From positions 1-36,243 of the IMG/VR virus record IMGVR_UViG_3300048009_000223: 36,243 nucleotides of DNA. The stretch is one strand, 5' to 3'. Under the pieces are notes generated by a model, which was not told the DNA's origin, searched no databases, and saw only the letters and a program-made list of their open reading frames with translations. The first letter of the stretch is position 1. Each line of letters starts with the position of its first letter. The position numbers and the translations under genes were made by a program. The stretch is from a virus (taxonomy: Duplodnaviria > Caudoviricetes). Of this stretch, positions 35,900 through 36,243 are shown one piece after another.

Positions 35900-36243
35900 A
35901 TGCCTCAAATCAAAATAGGTTTCGACAGAATACCTATACCAACATCGAAGAATTTTGTACCTCTATATGACATTGTAAAAGGTGTTCCGCTAAGAGATTC
36001 AAATGGACAAATTATTGTTACGGAAGATGAAGGTCCGGTAGAAGCCCTTTCCAAAGCAGAAAACAGTACCAGTGTTGTTGTAAACAACAAAGTAGTTGAT
36101 AACACACAACTAGACATTGTAGAACAGTTTGCTGAAACATCTCAGGTTAGTACAACACTACTAGGTATACCTAGAGCAGAAGTACAACTTAGTTTGTTCA
36201 GTGACGTAAGTACATATGGTATTAACCAAGAAGAATGGGAGTT
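35900..36243 (+). CDS. 5' part of a virion protein paralogous to 31157-35896 (partial)
   Basis: GGAGGAG RBS; MPQIKIGFDRIP...SQVSTTLLGIPRAEVQLSLFSDVSTYGINQEEW matches SEVALSLLGIPRSEVALGIFADVNTYDVNPSEW of the upstream gene. Confidence 0.8.
   Translation, partial: MPQIKIGFDRIPIPTSKNFVPLYDIVKGVPLRDSNGQIIVTEDEGPVEALSKAENSTSVVVNNKVVDNTQLDIVEQFAETSQVSTTLLGIPRAEVQLSLFSDVSTYGINQEEWE

Noticed and set aside
18773-36117. Many minus-strand and alternative-frame ORFs within the large structural genes (also within ligase, clpP and uvdE)
   Set aside because: Shadow frames of long coding sequences with no RBS, promoter or recognisable motifs.
1-36243. Stop-codon reassignment
   Set aside because: TAA, TAG and TGA all end genes at sensible coupled boundaries, long genes are intact in the standard code, and no suppressor tRNA is present.
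1-36243. CRISPR array, diversity-generating retroelement, intron/intein, transposase or integrase
   Set aside because: No regularly spaced repeats, RT or homing motifs, or unexplained large insertions in ligase, ClpP or UvdE were seen by eye.

Overview
AT-rich segment of a large tailed dsDNA bacteriophage, probably aquatic and T4-like in its transcription signals, coded almost entirely on the + strand. The left half (1-~16.8 kb) is an early/accessory region driven by near-perfect sigma70 promoters. It holds many small hypothetical and membrane ORFs, a minimal TilS, ClpP, five tRNAs (Trp, Glu, Ser, Thr, Ala) with a c-type cytochrome gene embedded among them, an HD-domain alarmone-hydrolase-like gene, an ATP-dependent DNA ligase, and a queD-like/glycosyltransferase/phosphomannomutase/uvdE operon behind a riboswitch-like leader. 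The right half is a late region marked by NATAAATA motifs: an IscA-type Fe-S carrier followed by very large virion/tail proteins (2984, 1114 and 1579 aa, plus a partial paralog). The most striking observation is that the 1579-aa virion protein carries four ~150-160-aa helical repeats, each with a K-C-x-R-D motif that by eye matches the bilin-attachment site of phycobiliproteins. All family assignments are by motif recognition only; no database searches were run.
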